Below are positions 9,258 to 19,190 of a stretch of DNA of 64,000 nt, one piece after another. A program made the translations under genes and the position numbers. Numbering within the stretch: position 1 is the first letter of the stretch; every line of letters begins with the position of its first letter. Origin of the DNA: Deltaproteobacteria bacterium (GTDB lineage Bacteria > Desulfobacterota > Desulfomonilia > UBA1062); NCBI GenBank assembly GCA_029552245.1, contig JAKPDW010000047.1:53935-117934 (forward strand). Direction: 5' to 3'. The notes under the pieces are model-generated. The model worked only from the letters and a program-made list of their open reading frames with translations, ran no database searches and was not told where the DNA came from.

Positions 9258-10937
9258 ATGAAGATCATCTACCTGACCGATATCCACGGCGACTTCGAGA
9301 GGATGAAGTCCGTGCTCTCGGAGACGGTCGCCAACGTGTACATCATCGGCGGAGACCTCATAGACATCCCCTTCTACAGCATGGAGACCTCTATCAGGTA
9401 CCATGAGCTCCAGTCCTTCTTCCACGGCCTCCGCATGAAGATGGGCCAGGAGGACAGGCTCCTGGAGGACTTCGTGGACCAGCTCCTGGAGCAGCCCGAC
9501 GTCCCGGAAGACGTCCAGGACAAGGGGACGATGTACCAGCAGTACACCATCAGGGCGCGCAGGGTCATGCAGCAGAAGTACAAGGTCCTCAAGAACCTCG
9601 TGTCCATGAAGAAGGCGTCCACGGTCTTGTTCCTGCCCGGCAACTACGACATGGACCTCAAGTACACGGCCTTGCACGACCACGACCTGCACCTCCACTG
9701 GTACGCGATCGGCGACGTGCGCATCTGCGGGTACGGCGGGGCCGAGGTGAGGACGCCGGGCATTCCCGAGCGCTATATCGTGAGATACCTCGAGGGCTTG
9801 AGCCCCAGGGGCAGAAAGAACGGGAAAAAGAACGAGATGTACTCGTTCTTCCGCGTGGTGAAGCCTCACATCATCGTGGCGCACCAGCCGGCCTACGGCA
9901 TCAACGACAACACCACGGCCGGCGGGGCGTACGGGTCGCCGTCCCTCAGGACCTTCTGCGACGAGAACCCGGTGCTCCTCTGCCTCACGGGCCACGCCCA
10001 CGACTCGTGGGGCGTGAAGTACTCGGGCAAGACCCTCTACCTGAACCCCTCGAACTTCGGCGAGGTGACCGGGCCGACGGGAGAGGTGAACGAGGGTGGG
10101 TTCTTCTACCAGATCGAGATGGACCAGAAGGAAGTCAAGTCCATCGTGTTCAGGAAGTTCCACGACGGCAGGATCTACGACGTCGCAGACTATACCCTCG
10201 AGAACGGGACCCTCGTCGAGAAGATCATCGACAGGGAACGGTACGCGGCGCTCGTAGACCGCAGGAACTACGACATGAAAGGCGTTCGCTACTCGCACAT
10301 TCCCGAGATAAGGCTTTACAAGGAGATCAAGGACTTCTTCAGGATGTACCAGACACCGGAGGCGGAGGAGCGGGTTGACAGGATCGAGGAGGTCGCCCGG
10401 GTGCTCGAGGAAAAGACCGGGCGCGAGGTGGCCATGGATGTCATGGGCTCGGTGAACATGGGGATATCCGAACCCGACAGCGACATCGACCTCGTCCTCT
10501 ACGTGAGGTGTTCGTCGACCTGCGTGGACGACGTGAACGTGTGCGAGACCTCCGCCAGGATGCAGGCCGAGGTGAAAGGGCTCCTCGGGGAATCCATCAA
10601 GGCCCACGTCATGGACTGCATAGACCTCGACCAGGTGGAACGGAGCATCAGGGAGCGGGATTACGAGTGCGAGGTGCTCCAGCGGTTCGTCGCCTACCGC
10701 TCCATCTGCAGGCCCATCAACTACCGCGTCATAGCGCCCATAGAAGACCTGCTCAACTCGGACATCAGCTTCCGCAAGGAGGTCGAGGGCAGCACGCAGA
10801 GCTACATACGCATCTTCGCGAACACCTCCGCTCACGTACGCTCGATCAAGAAGTACGAGGCGAGGCTGAACGACCTGGGCATCCGGGTCCCGGAATCGGT
10901 CAAGCGCGCGATCAAGCAGTACCTGAGGGAAGACTGA
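9258..10937 (+). CDS. Metallophosphoesterase fused to a C-terminal Pol-beta-type nucleotidyltransferase domain
   Basis: N-term DIH, GDLID, GNYD, AHQP, GHAH; C-term MGS...DSDIDL and a later Asp (VMDCID). Confidence 0.85.
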   Translation: MKIIYLTDIHGDFERMKSVLSETVANVYIIGGDLIDIPFYSMETSIRYHELQSFFHGLRMKMGQEDRLLEDFVDQLLEQPDVPEDVQDKGTMYQQYTIRARRVMQQKYKVLKNLVSMKKASTVLFLPGNYDMDLKYTALHDHDLHLHWYAIGDVRICGYGGAEVRTPGIPERYIVRYLEGLSPRGRKNGKKNEMYSFFRVVKPHIIVAHQPAYGINDNTTAGGAYGSPSLRTFCDENPVLLCLTGHAHDSWGVKYSGKTLYLNPSNFGEVTGPTGEVNEGGFFYQIEMDQKEVKSIVFRKFHDGRIYDVADYTLENGTLVEKIIDRERYAALVDRRNYDMKGVRYSHIPEIRLYKEIKDFFRMYQTPEAEERVDRIEEVARVLEEKTGREVAMDVMGSVNMGISEPDSDIDLVLYVRCSSTCVDDVNVCETSARMQAEVKGLLGESIKAHVMDCIDLDQVERSIRERDYECEVLQRFVAYRSICRPINYRVIAPIEDLLNSDISFRKEVEGSTQSYIRIFANTSAHVRSIKKYEARLNDLGIRVPESVKRAIKQYLRED

Positions 10938-11269
10938 CAGGGTCCGTCCCCTGGGTGTCGCACGTTCCTCCCGACATGCCGTGAGGCGGCATGACAGGCG
11001 TATTTACATTTCCGGCGAGTGGGAGTAGAGGGGGTGGAAACGGTGTATGAATGGTGCATCCAGGCGTATAAGGGGCGGTTTTTCCCATGGAATGAGGAGG
11101 GTCGGCCGGGACCGTGTACCGGCCCTTCACGCCGAGGCATTGGGGGCTTCGGGTTTCGAGGCGGTCCGCGTGTGCCGGCGCACCTGCGGGCACACTGCAC
11201 ACGGAGGGAAAGACACGGCGCGAGACCATTCCGGGCGTCCCGGCCCGCAGGATGTCACGCGGTGAGCAG

Positions 11270-12031
11270 ATGAAAAACATTCTCTACAACCTCTTCATCA
11301 GGGAAGTGAGCCTCCTGTGCTACCGCACCTGCCTTGACTACGTACCGGGCGGGTCGCGCATCCTCGACGTCGGCATCGGCAACGGCGCCATGATACAGGA
11401 GTTCCACGAGACCATCCGTTCGAAGGGCATATCCATAACGGGCATCGACGTCGACCGCTGCTACCTGGACCACTGCGAGCGCCAGATCAGGAAGAACTCC
11501 CTCGAAGAGTATGTGAACGTGTTCCACGTGCCAGTCGAGCGCTTCGAGCCTGAAGAGCCCCATTCCTTCGACTTCGTCCTCTTCAGCATGAGCTTCATGC
11601 TGCTCGACGATCCCGCGCTCGTCCTGAGGCGCATACGGCGATGGGTCAGGCCCTCGGGCGGCGTCATGTTCTTCCAGACCATGTTCGCCAGGCGCTCCCT
11701 GCTCCTCGACATCGTGAAGCCGAGGCTCAGGTACCTCACCACCGTGGAATTCGGGAGGGTCGTCTACGACGACGAGTTCTTCGGGCTCCTCAGGAGGGAG
11801 GGGGTGTCCGTCGTCGAGGACGTGACCGTGGCCAAGGCATGGTTCGGCGGGAGGTACCGCTTCGTGGTGTGCAGGCCCGAGACGGCTGCAGACGTGTTCA
11901 CCCTCCCGAAGGCCGAGATAGTCGGGCCCGGGGACGCACTCGACGCCCCGTACAGGACTTCCCGCGCCTCACGCACGCTCAGGCGGAACGCCTTCCGGTC
12001 GCGGTCGAGCGGCAAGGATGTGGAGAGATGA
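11270..12031 (+). CDS. Class I SAM-dependent methyltransferase
   Basis: ILDVGIGNG motif I, GIDVD, FDFVLFS. Confidence 0.85.
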   Translation: MKNILYNLFIREVSLLCYRTCLDYVPGGSRILDVGIGNGAMIQEFHETIRSKGISITGIDVDRCYLDHCERQIRKNSLEEYVNVFHVPVERFEPEEPHSFDFVLFSMSFMLLDDPALVLRRIRRWVRPSGGVMFFQTMFARRSLLLDIVKPRLRYLTTVEFGRVVYDDEFFGLLRREGVSVVEDVTVAKAWFGGRYRFVVCRPETAADVFTLPKAEIVGPGDALDAPYRTSRASRTLRRNAFRSRSSGKDVER

Positions 12032-12519
12032 CGAACCCGGGGCGTCTGGTGCACACCCATGTGGTTGCGCCGCTCAAGGCGCTCCTGAACCAGGGGATCA
12101 CCCCCGGGAGACTCGCCGCGAGCATGGCATGCGGCATCACCGTCGGCGTTTCGCCCCTGGTGGGCACCACCACCGCCTTCTGCACCATGCTGGCGCTGGC
12201 CCTCCGCATGAACCTGCTCGCCATACAGCTCGGCAACTGGCTCGCCCTGCCGGTGCAGCTCGCCCTCATAGCCCCCTTCCTCATGATGGGCAATCGTCTC
12301 TTCGGCGACGGGCGCCATCACGACTGGGCATCCCTGGCGCTCTTGGTGAGGGAGGATGCGATGCTCGCCGTCCAGGCCGCGAGCAGGATGGTGATTCACG
12401 GCGCCCTTGCCTGGGCGCTGTGCGCGCCGGCCGTGTTCGCGGCCTTGTTCGCCCTCCTCCTTCCCGCATTCAGGATGCTGGGAGGCCTGAACCAACGATC
12501 CACGGGAAAGAAGGGATGA
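12028..12519 (+). CDS. DUF2062 family membrane protein
   Basis: LLNQGITPGRLAASMACG...P..GTTT...LRMNL pattern; ATGA overlap with the upstream gene. Confidence 0.8.
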   Translation: MTNPGRLVHTHVVAPLKALLNQGITPGRLAASMACGITVGVSPLVGTTTAFCTMLALALRMNLLAIQLGNWLALPVQLALIAPFLMMGNRLFGDGRHHDWASLALLVREDAMLAVQAASRMVIHGALAWALCAPAVFAALFALLLPAFRMLGGLNQRSTGKKG

Positions 12520-12592
12520 GGTCTCGAGCGCACCCCCGGGTGGAGACCCCATGAAGAAAGGCCAAGACCTCTCGCGGGGACGCGAGGAAGCC

Positions 12593-13174
12593 ATGGACAA
12601 AGGAAGAGAACCTTGCCGCAGATCGAGGATCCTGCTCCACGTCTGCTGCGCACCGTGCGCGACGTGGCCCGTCGAGAGGCTCTCCCGAGAGGGTTACGAG
12701 GCCGTGCTCTTCTTCAGCAACTCGAACGTCCACCCCGAGGAGGAGTACACGAGGCGGCTCGACGAGGCGAGAAGGCTTGCAGGGATCCTGGGCCTCGAGC
12801 TCGTCGAGGACGTCTACGACCACGAGGCGTGGTTAGATGCGGTCAGGGGCCTGGAGGCCGAGCCGGAGCGGGGGAAGCGATGCATGAAGTGCTTCGCATA
12901 CAACCTCGGTCGCGCCGCGCTGGCCATGGGACGCCTGGGGCTTTCCCGCTTCACCACCACGCTCACCGTGAGCAGGCACAAGTCGTCCAGGGACGTCTTC
13001 GCCGCCGCTCGGACCATGCCCGGATTCTTGGCCGTGGACTTCAAGAAACAGGACGGGTACCACCAAAGCGTCGTGCTCAGCAGAGGGCTCAAGCTCTACC
13101 GCCAGGGATACTGCGGGTGCGAGTTCTCCCGGCAGGCGGCGCTGCGGGACAGCCCTGCATCGGGCAAGACCTGA
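12593..13174 (+). CDS. queH: Epoxyqueuosine reductase QueH
   Basis: LLHVCCAPC, N(V)HPEEEY, ERGKRC..C, FTTTL..S.HK, DFKKQDGY, YRQ.YCGC. Confidence 0.92.
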   Translation: MDKGREPCRRSRILLHVCCAPCATWPVERLSREGYEAVLFFSNSNVHPEEEYTRRLDEARRLAGILGLELVEDVYDHEAWLDAVRGLEAEPERGKRCMKCFAYNLGRAALAMGRLGLSRFTTTLTVSRHKSSRDVFAAARTMPGFLAVDFKKQDGYHQSVVLSRGLKLYRQGYCGCEFSRQAALRDSPASGKT

Positions 13175-13312
13175 CCCTCCTCATGCCGGTCCAAGAGCGC
13201 GTTCTGGTCCCTCGAGGGGTGGAGCCTTCGGGATGCCGCCCCAAGAGGCGTGGACGCCCGCCTGCCCCCCTCAGGCGCAGAGGTGGAAGGTTGCCTCTCC
13301 AGGAACGAGCCT

Positions 13313-14428
13313 TCACGTGTTCCGGCCCCCGGAGTACGCCCGCGCGCTTTTGACCACGTGCACGGCCGTTGCCTTGAACAGGGCGGTCACCTCCCTGCCC
13401 TCCTCTATGCAGAGCTCCTCGAGGGCGTTTTTCGTCACGGAGGCGACGAGCGGGAAGCCGCAATCGATGAAGACACCCTGCACGTCCCCCCTGTTCCGCA
13501 CCCTGACGACGCGGCCGTGCAGGACATTCCTCGCGCTCGATTCCTCGTGAGTGCCTGGGGTGGAGAGGGTGACGCTCTCCGGCCGCACGAGGCACACCAC
13601 TTCCTCGCCCCTCGGGAAGGCGCCCAGGGCGCGGATCCTCGCTCGGCCAGCCTGCACCTCGAGCACGCCACCGGCAACCCCCGTCACGACCCCCCTCACC
13701 ATGTTCTCGATGCCCACGAAGGCGGCGACGGCCTCGCTGACAGGCCTGTACATCACCTCCGAGGGGGTACCCACCTGTACCACGGACCCGCCGTCCATGA
13801 CCGCGATCCTGTCGGAGAGCGTCAATGCGTCCACCCGGTCGTGCGTGGCCATGACGACGCACGTTCGGCGCAGTCGGATGACCCGGGAGAGGTCCTCGAC
13901 GATCGATTCCTTGGTGGGGGGATCGAGCGACGAGAACGGTTCGTCCATGAAGACGATCTCCGGCTGGGTGGCGAATGCCCGTGCCAGGCTGGTTCTCTGG
14001 GCCTCGCCCCCCGACAGCTTCCTCGCCGAGCGGTCAGAGAGGTGGGCGATCCCGAAGAGTTCCAGGTTTTCCCTCACCCTGTCTCTCGTCTCGTGTCTGC
14101 CCATGCCCCTGATCGCCAGACCCGACGCCACGTTCGCGTACACCGTGGAGTCGAAGAGCAGGGGTTCCTGGAAGACCATGGCTATCCTGCGGCGGTACTC
14201 GAGCATGCCGCGCCCGCCCGCGATCTTCACGCCGCCGAACCTGAGTTCCCCCGAGCCCAGCTCGAGGAGGCCGGCTAGGCTCAAGAGCAGCGTCGACTTG
14301 CCGGAGCCGTTCGGACCGATGACGGACAGGAATTCGCCCGGGTTCAGGGTGAACTCCCGGACGTCGAGGACAGGGGTCCCCCCCCTGCTCACCTTGAGGT
14401 CTCTCGCCTCGAGGATGGGACCGCTCAC
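13313..14428 (-). CDS. tupC: Tungstate ABC transporter ATP-binding protein with C-terminal TOBE domains
   Basis: GPNGSGKST, LSGGE, MDEP; TOBE tail (FKATAVHV); GTG start overlaps the permease stop. Confidence 0.85.
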   Translation of the reverse strand: MSGPILEARDLKVSRGGTPVLDVREFTLNPGEFLSVIGPNGSGKSTLLLSLAGLLELGSGELRFGGVKIAGGRGMLEYRRRIAMVFQEPLLFDSTVYANVASGLAIRGMGRHETRDRVRENLELFGIAHLSDRSARKLSGGEAQRTSLARAFATQPEIVFMDEPFSSLDPPTKESIVEDLSRVIRLRRTCVVMATHDRVDALTLSDRIAVMDGGSVVQVGTPSEVMYRPVSEAVAAFVGIENMVRGVVTGVAGGVLEVQAGRARIRALGAFPRGEEVVCLVRPESVTLSTPGTHEESSARNVLHGRVVRVRNRGDVQGVFIDCGFPLVASVTKNALEELCIEEGREVTALFKATAVHVVKSARAYSGGRNT

Positions 14429-15123
14429 CTCGGCCTCTCCTTCTGCTGGATGGAGGTGAGCGCGGCGTTGATGCAGAAGGTGAAGAGCAGGAGGATCACG
14501 CCGAGCGCGATGGCCGTGTCGAAGTTGCCCCTTGACGTCTCCATGACCGTGGCCGTGGTGAGCACGCGCGTGTAGCCCTTGATGTTGCCGCCCACCATGA
14601 TGGAGGCCCCCACCTCGGAGATGACCCCCCCGAACCCGGCCATGACCGCGGCCAAGAGCGGCAGCCTGGCCTCCTTGATGAGCATCCAGACCATCTGGGC
14701 CCTGGTCGCCCCCAGCGCCAGGATCTGGAGCCTCAAGGCCTCGGGGAGCTTCTGGATGGAGGCGAGCGAGATGCCGGCCACGATCGGCGTGGCGATGACG
14801 GCCTGGGCGATGACGATGGCCGTGGGCGTGTAGAGGAGCTCGAGGACCCCAAGGGGGCCGTTGCGCCACAGGAAGATGGTCACGAACAGGCCCACCACCA
14901 CGGGCGGCACGCCCATGCCCGTGTTGATGAGGCTCACCACGAGCCCGCGCCCGGGAAAACGGCTGAGCGCCACCACGGTCCCGAGCGAGATGCCGATGAT
15001 CAGGCTGATGAAGGTGGCGGTCCCGGACACCTTGAGCGACAGCCAGGTGATCCCGTACACCTCCGGGTCGAACGTGACCAGGAGGAGAATCGCTTTCCTG
15101 ACGCCTTCTACGATCAGTTCCAC
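14425..15123 (-). CDS. tupB: Tungstate ABC transporter permease
   Basis: NTGMGVPPVVVGL, ISEVGASIMVGGNIKGYTRVLTTA motifs. Confidence 0.9.
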   Translation of the reverse strand: MELIVEGVRKAILLLVTFDPEVYGITWLSLKVSGTATFISLIIGISLGTVVALSRFPGRGLVVSLINTGMGVPPVVVGLFVTIFLWRNGPLGVLELLYTPTAIVIAQAVIATPIVAGISLASIQKLPEALRLQILALGATRAQMVWMLIKEARLPLLAAVMAGFGGVISEVGASIMVGGNIKGYTRVLTTATVMETSRGNFDTAIALGVILLLFTFCINAALTSIQQKERPR

Positions 15124-15181
15124 GGTCCTGTCCTCATGGCGGCGGGGAGGGTGGGGTCATCCCCGCCCTCCCCTGTTTTGC

Positions 15182-16036
15182 TTACTCGTATTCGGGCTTG
15201 CCGGCATCCGGGAAGAAGAGGGGGCTGCCATAGGTGTCCATGCCGAAGTCGGCGATGATCGCCTGCGCCTCCTTGCCCACCATGAAGTCGGTGAAGGCCT
15301 TCGCTGCGGCTGCGTTCACCCTGGGGAACCTGGCGGGGTTCACCTCGATCACGTGGTAGACGTTGAGGAGCCCCTTGTCTTTCTCCACCAAGATATCCAG
15401 GCCCAGCTTCTCCTTGAGAGCCAGGTAGGTGCCGCGGTCCGTGAGGGTGTAGGCCTTCTTCTCGGCGGCAACCCAGAGCGTCTGTCCCATGCCGAGCCCG
15501 GTCTGCTGGTAGTACCTCCGGCCCTCGGGGTCGATGCCTGCCGCCTTCCAGAGGTCCGTCTCCTTGGCGTGGGTGCCCGAGCTGTCACCCCGGGAGACGA
15601 ACACCATGCCCCTGGACGCGATCCGCTTGAGGGCCTCGGCGGCGGACTTCATGCCCTTGATGCCCGCAGGGTCGGCGCTCGGGCCCACGATGACGAAGTC
15701 GTTGTGCATGACGAGCTTCCGGCTCACGCCGTAGCCCTCGGCCATGAACTTCTTCTCCGCGGCCGAGGAGTGCACGAGCAGGACGTCCGCCTCGCCCTTG
15801 GAGCCCATGGCCATGGCCTGGCCCGAGCCCACGGCGATGGTCTTCACGAAGTACCCGGTCTTCTTCTCGAAGATGGGGATGAGCACGTCCAGGAGGCCCG
15901 AGTCCTGCGTGCTCGTGGTGGTGGCCAGGACGAGGTTCTTCCGGGCCGCCTCCGCGGGGGCGGCCATCGCCGTCGCAGCAAGGATCATGACCAAGATCCA
16001 TGCAGGCGACGGGAAGCCTCCCCTCGGGATATGCAC
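15182..16036 (-). CDS. tupA: Tungstate ABC transporter substrate-binding protein
   Basis: LATTTSTQDSGLL (TTTS motif), SRGDSSGTH, signal peptide; start approximate. Confidence 0.9.
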   Translation of the reverse strand: MHIPRGGFPSPAWILVMILAATAMAAPAEAARKNLVLATTTSTQDSGLLDVLIPIFEKKTGYFVKTIAVGSGQAMAMGSKGEADVLLVHSSAAEKKFMAEGYGVSRKLVMHNDFVIVGPSADPAGIKGMKSAAEALKRIASRGMVFVSRGDSSGTHAKETDLWKAAGIDPEGRRYYQQTGLGMGQTLWVAAEKKAYTLTDRGTYLALKEKLGLDILVEKDKGLLNVYHVIEVNPARFPRVNAAAAKAFTDFMVGKEAQAIIADFGMDTYGSPLFFPDAGKPEYE

Positions 16037-16161
16037 TCGTCTCTCGACCCCTTGCCTGCGGCCCATCATGCGCTCGTTGCCTCCCCTGTCTTCTTCCGAT
16101 CCCGTCTCGTCTTCCAACCCTGTTGCATGGAACCCCTGCATGCACGAAAACACCCCGGCGC

Positions 16162-17118
16162 TCAGTGGGGGCTCAAGGTGTCGTGCCGTGGCGGTCTCGA
16201 CCCGTCCTGCCGTGGATACATGACCCTGCCGGTGTCCCGTTCGCTGTATCCCCTCAGGGTACGGACCAGGTTCTTGAACGGTTCGCTCCTGATGAACTCC
16301 ACGAAGGCCTGGACATGGCGGTCGAAGAAGTCATCCCTCTTCACGACGAGGTCGAAGCGCTCCTCGAAGATCCGGGTGAAGGGTAGCCTCGACTGGGCGG
16401 CCACGAACTCGGAGGCCACCGCGAAGTCCGCAGAGCCGTCCACGACGCGGCGTACCGCGTCGAAGTGAGTACACACCTCGGTGTCATAACCTGTGAGCCG
16501 CGCCGGGTCCACGGCCTCCTCTTCGAGGAGATGGTCCACCAGGGCCCTGATGCCCGAACCCCTCTGGCGGTTCACGAACCGCAGGTCCATCCCCAATGCG
16601 TCCTTGAACGAGGAAACGGCGACACCCCTCGATGCGAAACCGATGTTCCGGTGGAACAGGTTGATCACCACCACCTCCTGCGGGTCATGGAAATACTCGC
16701 CGAGGAAGGGGAAGGTGAAATCCCCTGCCTCGTGGTCGAAGAGATGGCACGTGGCCGCCGTGCAGAACCCGTCACCGAGCATCCTGAGCCCCTCCAGGCT
16801 CCCCACGCTCGTCGAGAACAGGAGAAGATCCGGCTCCACGCCGTGGAAGAGCCCCTGGGCCATGGCGATGACCGGGTCGTCCGAGCCGCACACGAGGATC
16901 ACCTTCTTCTGAGCGAGCGACTCCCAGAAGGACTTCCTCAACGATCCCAATGCCATGCGCCTGATGTATTCCTCGAGCTCGCCCCGCGGAAAGAGCCACT
17001 TCCCGGTCGCCTTGGTGCCCGGCAGTCTCCCCTGCTTCACGAGGGCGTAGACCTTCTTCTCGTTGATCTTGAGGAGCCTGGATGCCTCTTTGACAGTCAA
17101 TAACTCTTTATTTTCCAT
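16162..17118 (-). CDS. Excisionase-type HTH plus molybdate/tungstate-binding (PBP) domain transcriptional regulator
   Basis: LLTVKEAS...KKVY...LPGTK.TGKWLF HTH; GSDD, VGSLEGL, VNRQRGSGIR PBP motifs; directly upstream of tupABC. Confidence 0.88.
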   Translation of the reverse strand: MENKELLTVKEASRLLKINEKKVYALVKQGRLPGTKATGKWLFPRGELEEYIRRMALGSLRKSFWESLAQKKVILVCGSDDPVIAMAQGLFHGVEPDLLLFSTSVGSLEGLRMLGDGFCTAATCHLFDHEAGDFTFPFLGEYFHDPQEVVVINLFHRNIGFASRGVAVSSFKDALGMDLRFVNRQRGSGIRALVDHLLEEEAVDPARLTGYDTEVCTHFDAVRRVVDGSADFAVASEFVAAQSRLPFTRIFEERFDLVVKRDDFFDRHVQAFVEFIRSEPFKNLVRTLRGYSERDTGRVMYPRQDGSRPPRHDTLSPH

Positions 17119-17122
17119 TTTC

Positions 17123-17187
17123 ATTTTCAATGATGAAAATACTAACCAATAATGACTTATATGATGACCAGCCCCTTGTCAAGTCAT
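17123..17187. promoter_or_regulatory. Candidate operator palindromes and -35 box upstream of the tup regulator
   Basis: ATTTTCA-atga-TGAAAAT (17123-17140); ATGACTT...AAGTCAT (17152-17187); minus-strand TTGACA at 17182-17177. Confidence 0.5.
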
Positions 17188-17368
17188 GCCTGCCTGGCGT
17201 CCTGCACCTGCTGGATAGGCTCGTTCTCATGACCGTTGCGACAGGATCTTCAGCCCCAGCCTGCCAGGCCATGCCCGAGGTACGGTGTGCGGTCTGAGAC
17301 CGGGAATGTCTCCCGGTCCTAAGGGGTGGTCTCGAGAAAGGGCATGCGGCCTCCCGGTACCACCTCAA

Positions 17369-17463
17369 GGCCGAGGCGATGTCGGCCTTTGACAATTGCA
17401 TACAGGTAGATGCCTTTCCAAGAGACCTCCCGATGCTGCCACACGGCCGATGCGATGTCGGCC
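17369..17463. repeat. Palindromic direct repeat pair, 19 nt, period 76
   Basis: ggccgaggcgatgtcggcc vs ggccgatgcgatgtcggcc, 18/19 identical. Confidence 0.7.
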
Positions 17464-17539
17464 CTCGCGATGGGCCGTGCCGCGCTTATCGAGAGTGGTT
17501 CAGCCGGTCAGGCCAGGCGGCACCCGCTCCGAGAGGACT

Positions 17540-17642
17540 TCAGGGATGATCAATGTGCGAACAGCCCTTTCTCGAGGTGAGGCCATGGGGAAACCGGCTG
17601 AGAAGTATGCGTCACGGATGATCGATGTGCGAACAGCCCTTT
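17540..17642. repeat. Direct repeat pair, 31 nt, period 72
   Basis: tcagggatgatcaatgtgcgaacagcccttt (17540-17570) vs tcacggatgatcgatgtgcgaacagcccttt (17612-17642), 29/31; imperfect hairpin. Confidence 0.85.
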
Positions 17643-17894
17643 TCACCCGAAGCGAGGAGGGTCTTCAAGGCCGTTCATGACGGCGCGAGCTCCGACCGGT
17701 CGACGATCATCTGCGGGGGCATGGCGAGAGAAAGAGCGGTCGCGACGGGGTCGTGCCTGTCGTTCGGCCCCGGACGCGGTCATAGATCCGGGTGATCGTG
17801 ACGCACGATATACTGCTCGGTACTGCCGGACGATATCTCTTGGGGTCGATCCAGGCGGCGGTTGCACGGCCGGCTGCCGGATAGACCCTCCCCT

Positions 17895-18341
17895 TCATGC
17901 CTCGGCGTCGGGGCTTTCCGGCGCGGCACCTTCTGGGGCCTTTGCCTCCTCCTCGGCTTTGGGGGCTTTCGGTTCCTTCGGGGCCTTGGCCTTCTTCTGC
18001 TCCTTGGGCGCCTTTGCCTGTTGCTCGGGCTTGGCCTTCTTTCCCTTCTTGGGCTCCTCAGGTTCGGCCGTCTTCTTCTTTTCCTTCTTCGACTCGAGCG
18101 CGGCGAGCCTCTTCTCTTCCCTGATCCTCGCCATTTCCTTTATCTTCTCTTCCTTGGCGGCAATGGCCCGCAGCCTGGAGGCCGTCTCCCTGATCCTGGC
18201 CTTGATCTTGCGCACGACAGGGTCCTTCTGCTGGGTCGTCTCGTCAGCCCCTGCCTCCTTGAGGGACTCGATCCGCGCCTCGAGGGTTTTCTCCCAGTAT
18301 GCCTTCTGGGCAAGACGTGCTTCCATGAGCTTGGATGCCAT
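17895..18341 (-). CDS. Lys/Glu/Ala/Pro-rich hypothetical protein (coiled coil plus low-complexity KAPKE tail)
   Basis: ORF with AAAGGAG RBS, host-like codon use, repeated KAPKE units. Confidence 0.75.
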   Translation of the reverse strand: MASKLMEARLAQKAYWEKTLEARIESLKEAGADETTQQKDPVVRKIKARIRETASRLRAIAAKEEKIKEMARIREEKRLAALESKKEKKKTAEPEEPKKGKKAKPEQQAKAPKEQKKAKAPKEPKAPKAEEEAKAPEGAAPESPDAEA

Positions 18342-18578
18342 AGGAGCTCCTTTCACCTGGATACGTGTTGTGTACCGGCCTTCAAAGCACACAATGGCAT
18401 GCCTTGGCAAGGTTTTCGTGTGGCTCCTGATGGCGGGCCGCGCCCCGCCCGCCGTGGTCTCGGCCCTGCCCGTCGGCCTTGTTTTCGATGGCAGCGGGCT
18501 TATTATCTTTCCTCACCTGGATGCGCCCCAGGCAGGCTCTTTGCCTCCGGGCGCAACCATCGGCGAGGAGGTGTTGTC

Positions 18579-19190
18579 ATGAAGGCATTGGTTCTCTTCT
18601 ACTCCATGTACGGCCACATCTACCAGATGGCCCAGGCGGCGGTGAAAGGGATACACGAGGTGGAGGGCGCCGAGGTACACCTCAAGCGCGTACCCGAGAC
18701 CCTGCCGGACGAGGTCCTGGCGAAGATGGGCGCCCTCGAGGCCCGGAAGGCCTTCGAACACGTCGAGGTATGCACCGTCGCCGAACTCGCGGAGTACGAC
18801 CTCCTCGTGTTCGGCGCCCCCACCCGCTTCGGCAACATGTGCGGCCAGATGCGGCAGTTCTTGGATGCCACAGGGGGCCTGTGGGCCAGGCGAGCCCTCG
18901 TGGGAAAGGTGGGATGCGTCTTCACGTCCACCGGCACCCAGCATGGGGGCCAGGAATCCACGATCTTGAGCTTCCACCTCACGCTCCTGCACCACGGCAT
19001 GGTGGTGGTCGGCCTTCCCTATTCCTTCGAGCTGCAGTCGGATATGAGCGAGATCACGGGGTGTTCTCCCTACGGCGCATCCACCATCGCAGGGCCGGAC
19101 GGCAAGAGGATGCCGAGCACCCACGAGCTCACGGGGGCCCGCTACCTCGCACGGCACGCGGCGACCATCGCCAAGAAACTCTGGGGATGA
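18579..19190 (+). CDS. wrbA: NAD(P)H:quinone oxidoreductase WrbA
   Basis: [30 protein letters not shown] motifs. Confidence 0.95.
   Translation: MKALVLFYSMYGHIYQMAQAAVKGIHEVEGAEVHLKRVPETLPDEVLAKMGALEARKAFEHVEVCTVAELAEYDLLVFGAPTRFGNMCGQMRQFLDATGGLWARRALVGKVGCVFTSTGTQHGGQESTILSFHLTLLHHGMVVVGLPYSFELQSDMSEITGCSPYGASTIAGPDGKRMPSTHELTGARYLARHAATIAKKLWG

Noticed and set aside
17131..17400. Moco/Wco riboswitch upstream of the tungstate operon
   Set aside because: No recognisable conserved riboswitch elements by eye, and a protein regulator is present. An Infernal search would settle it.
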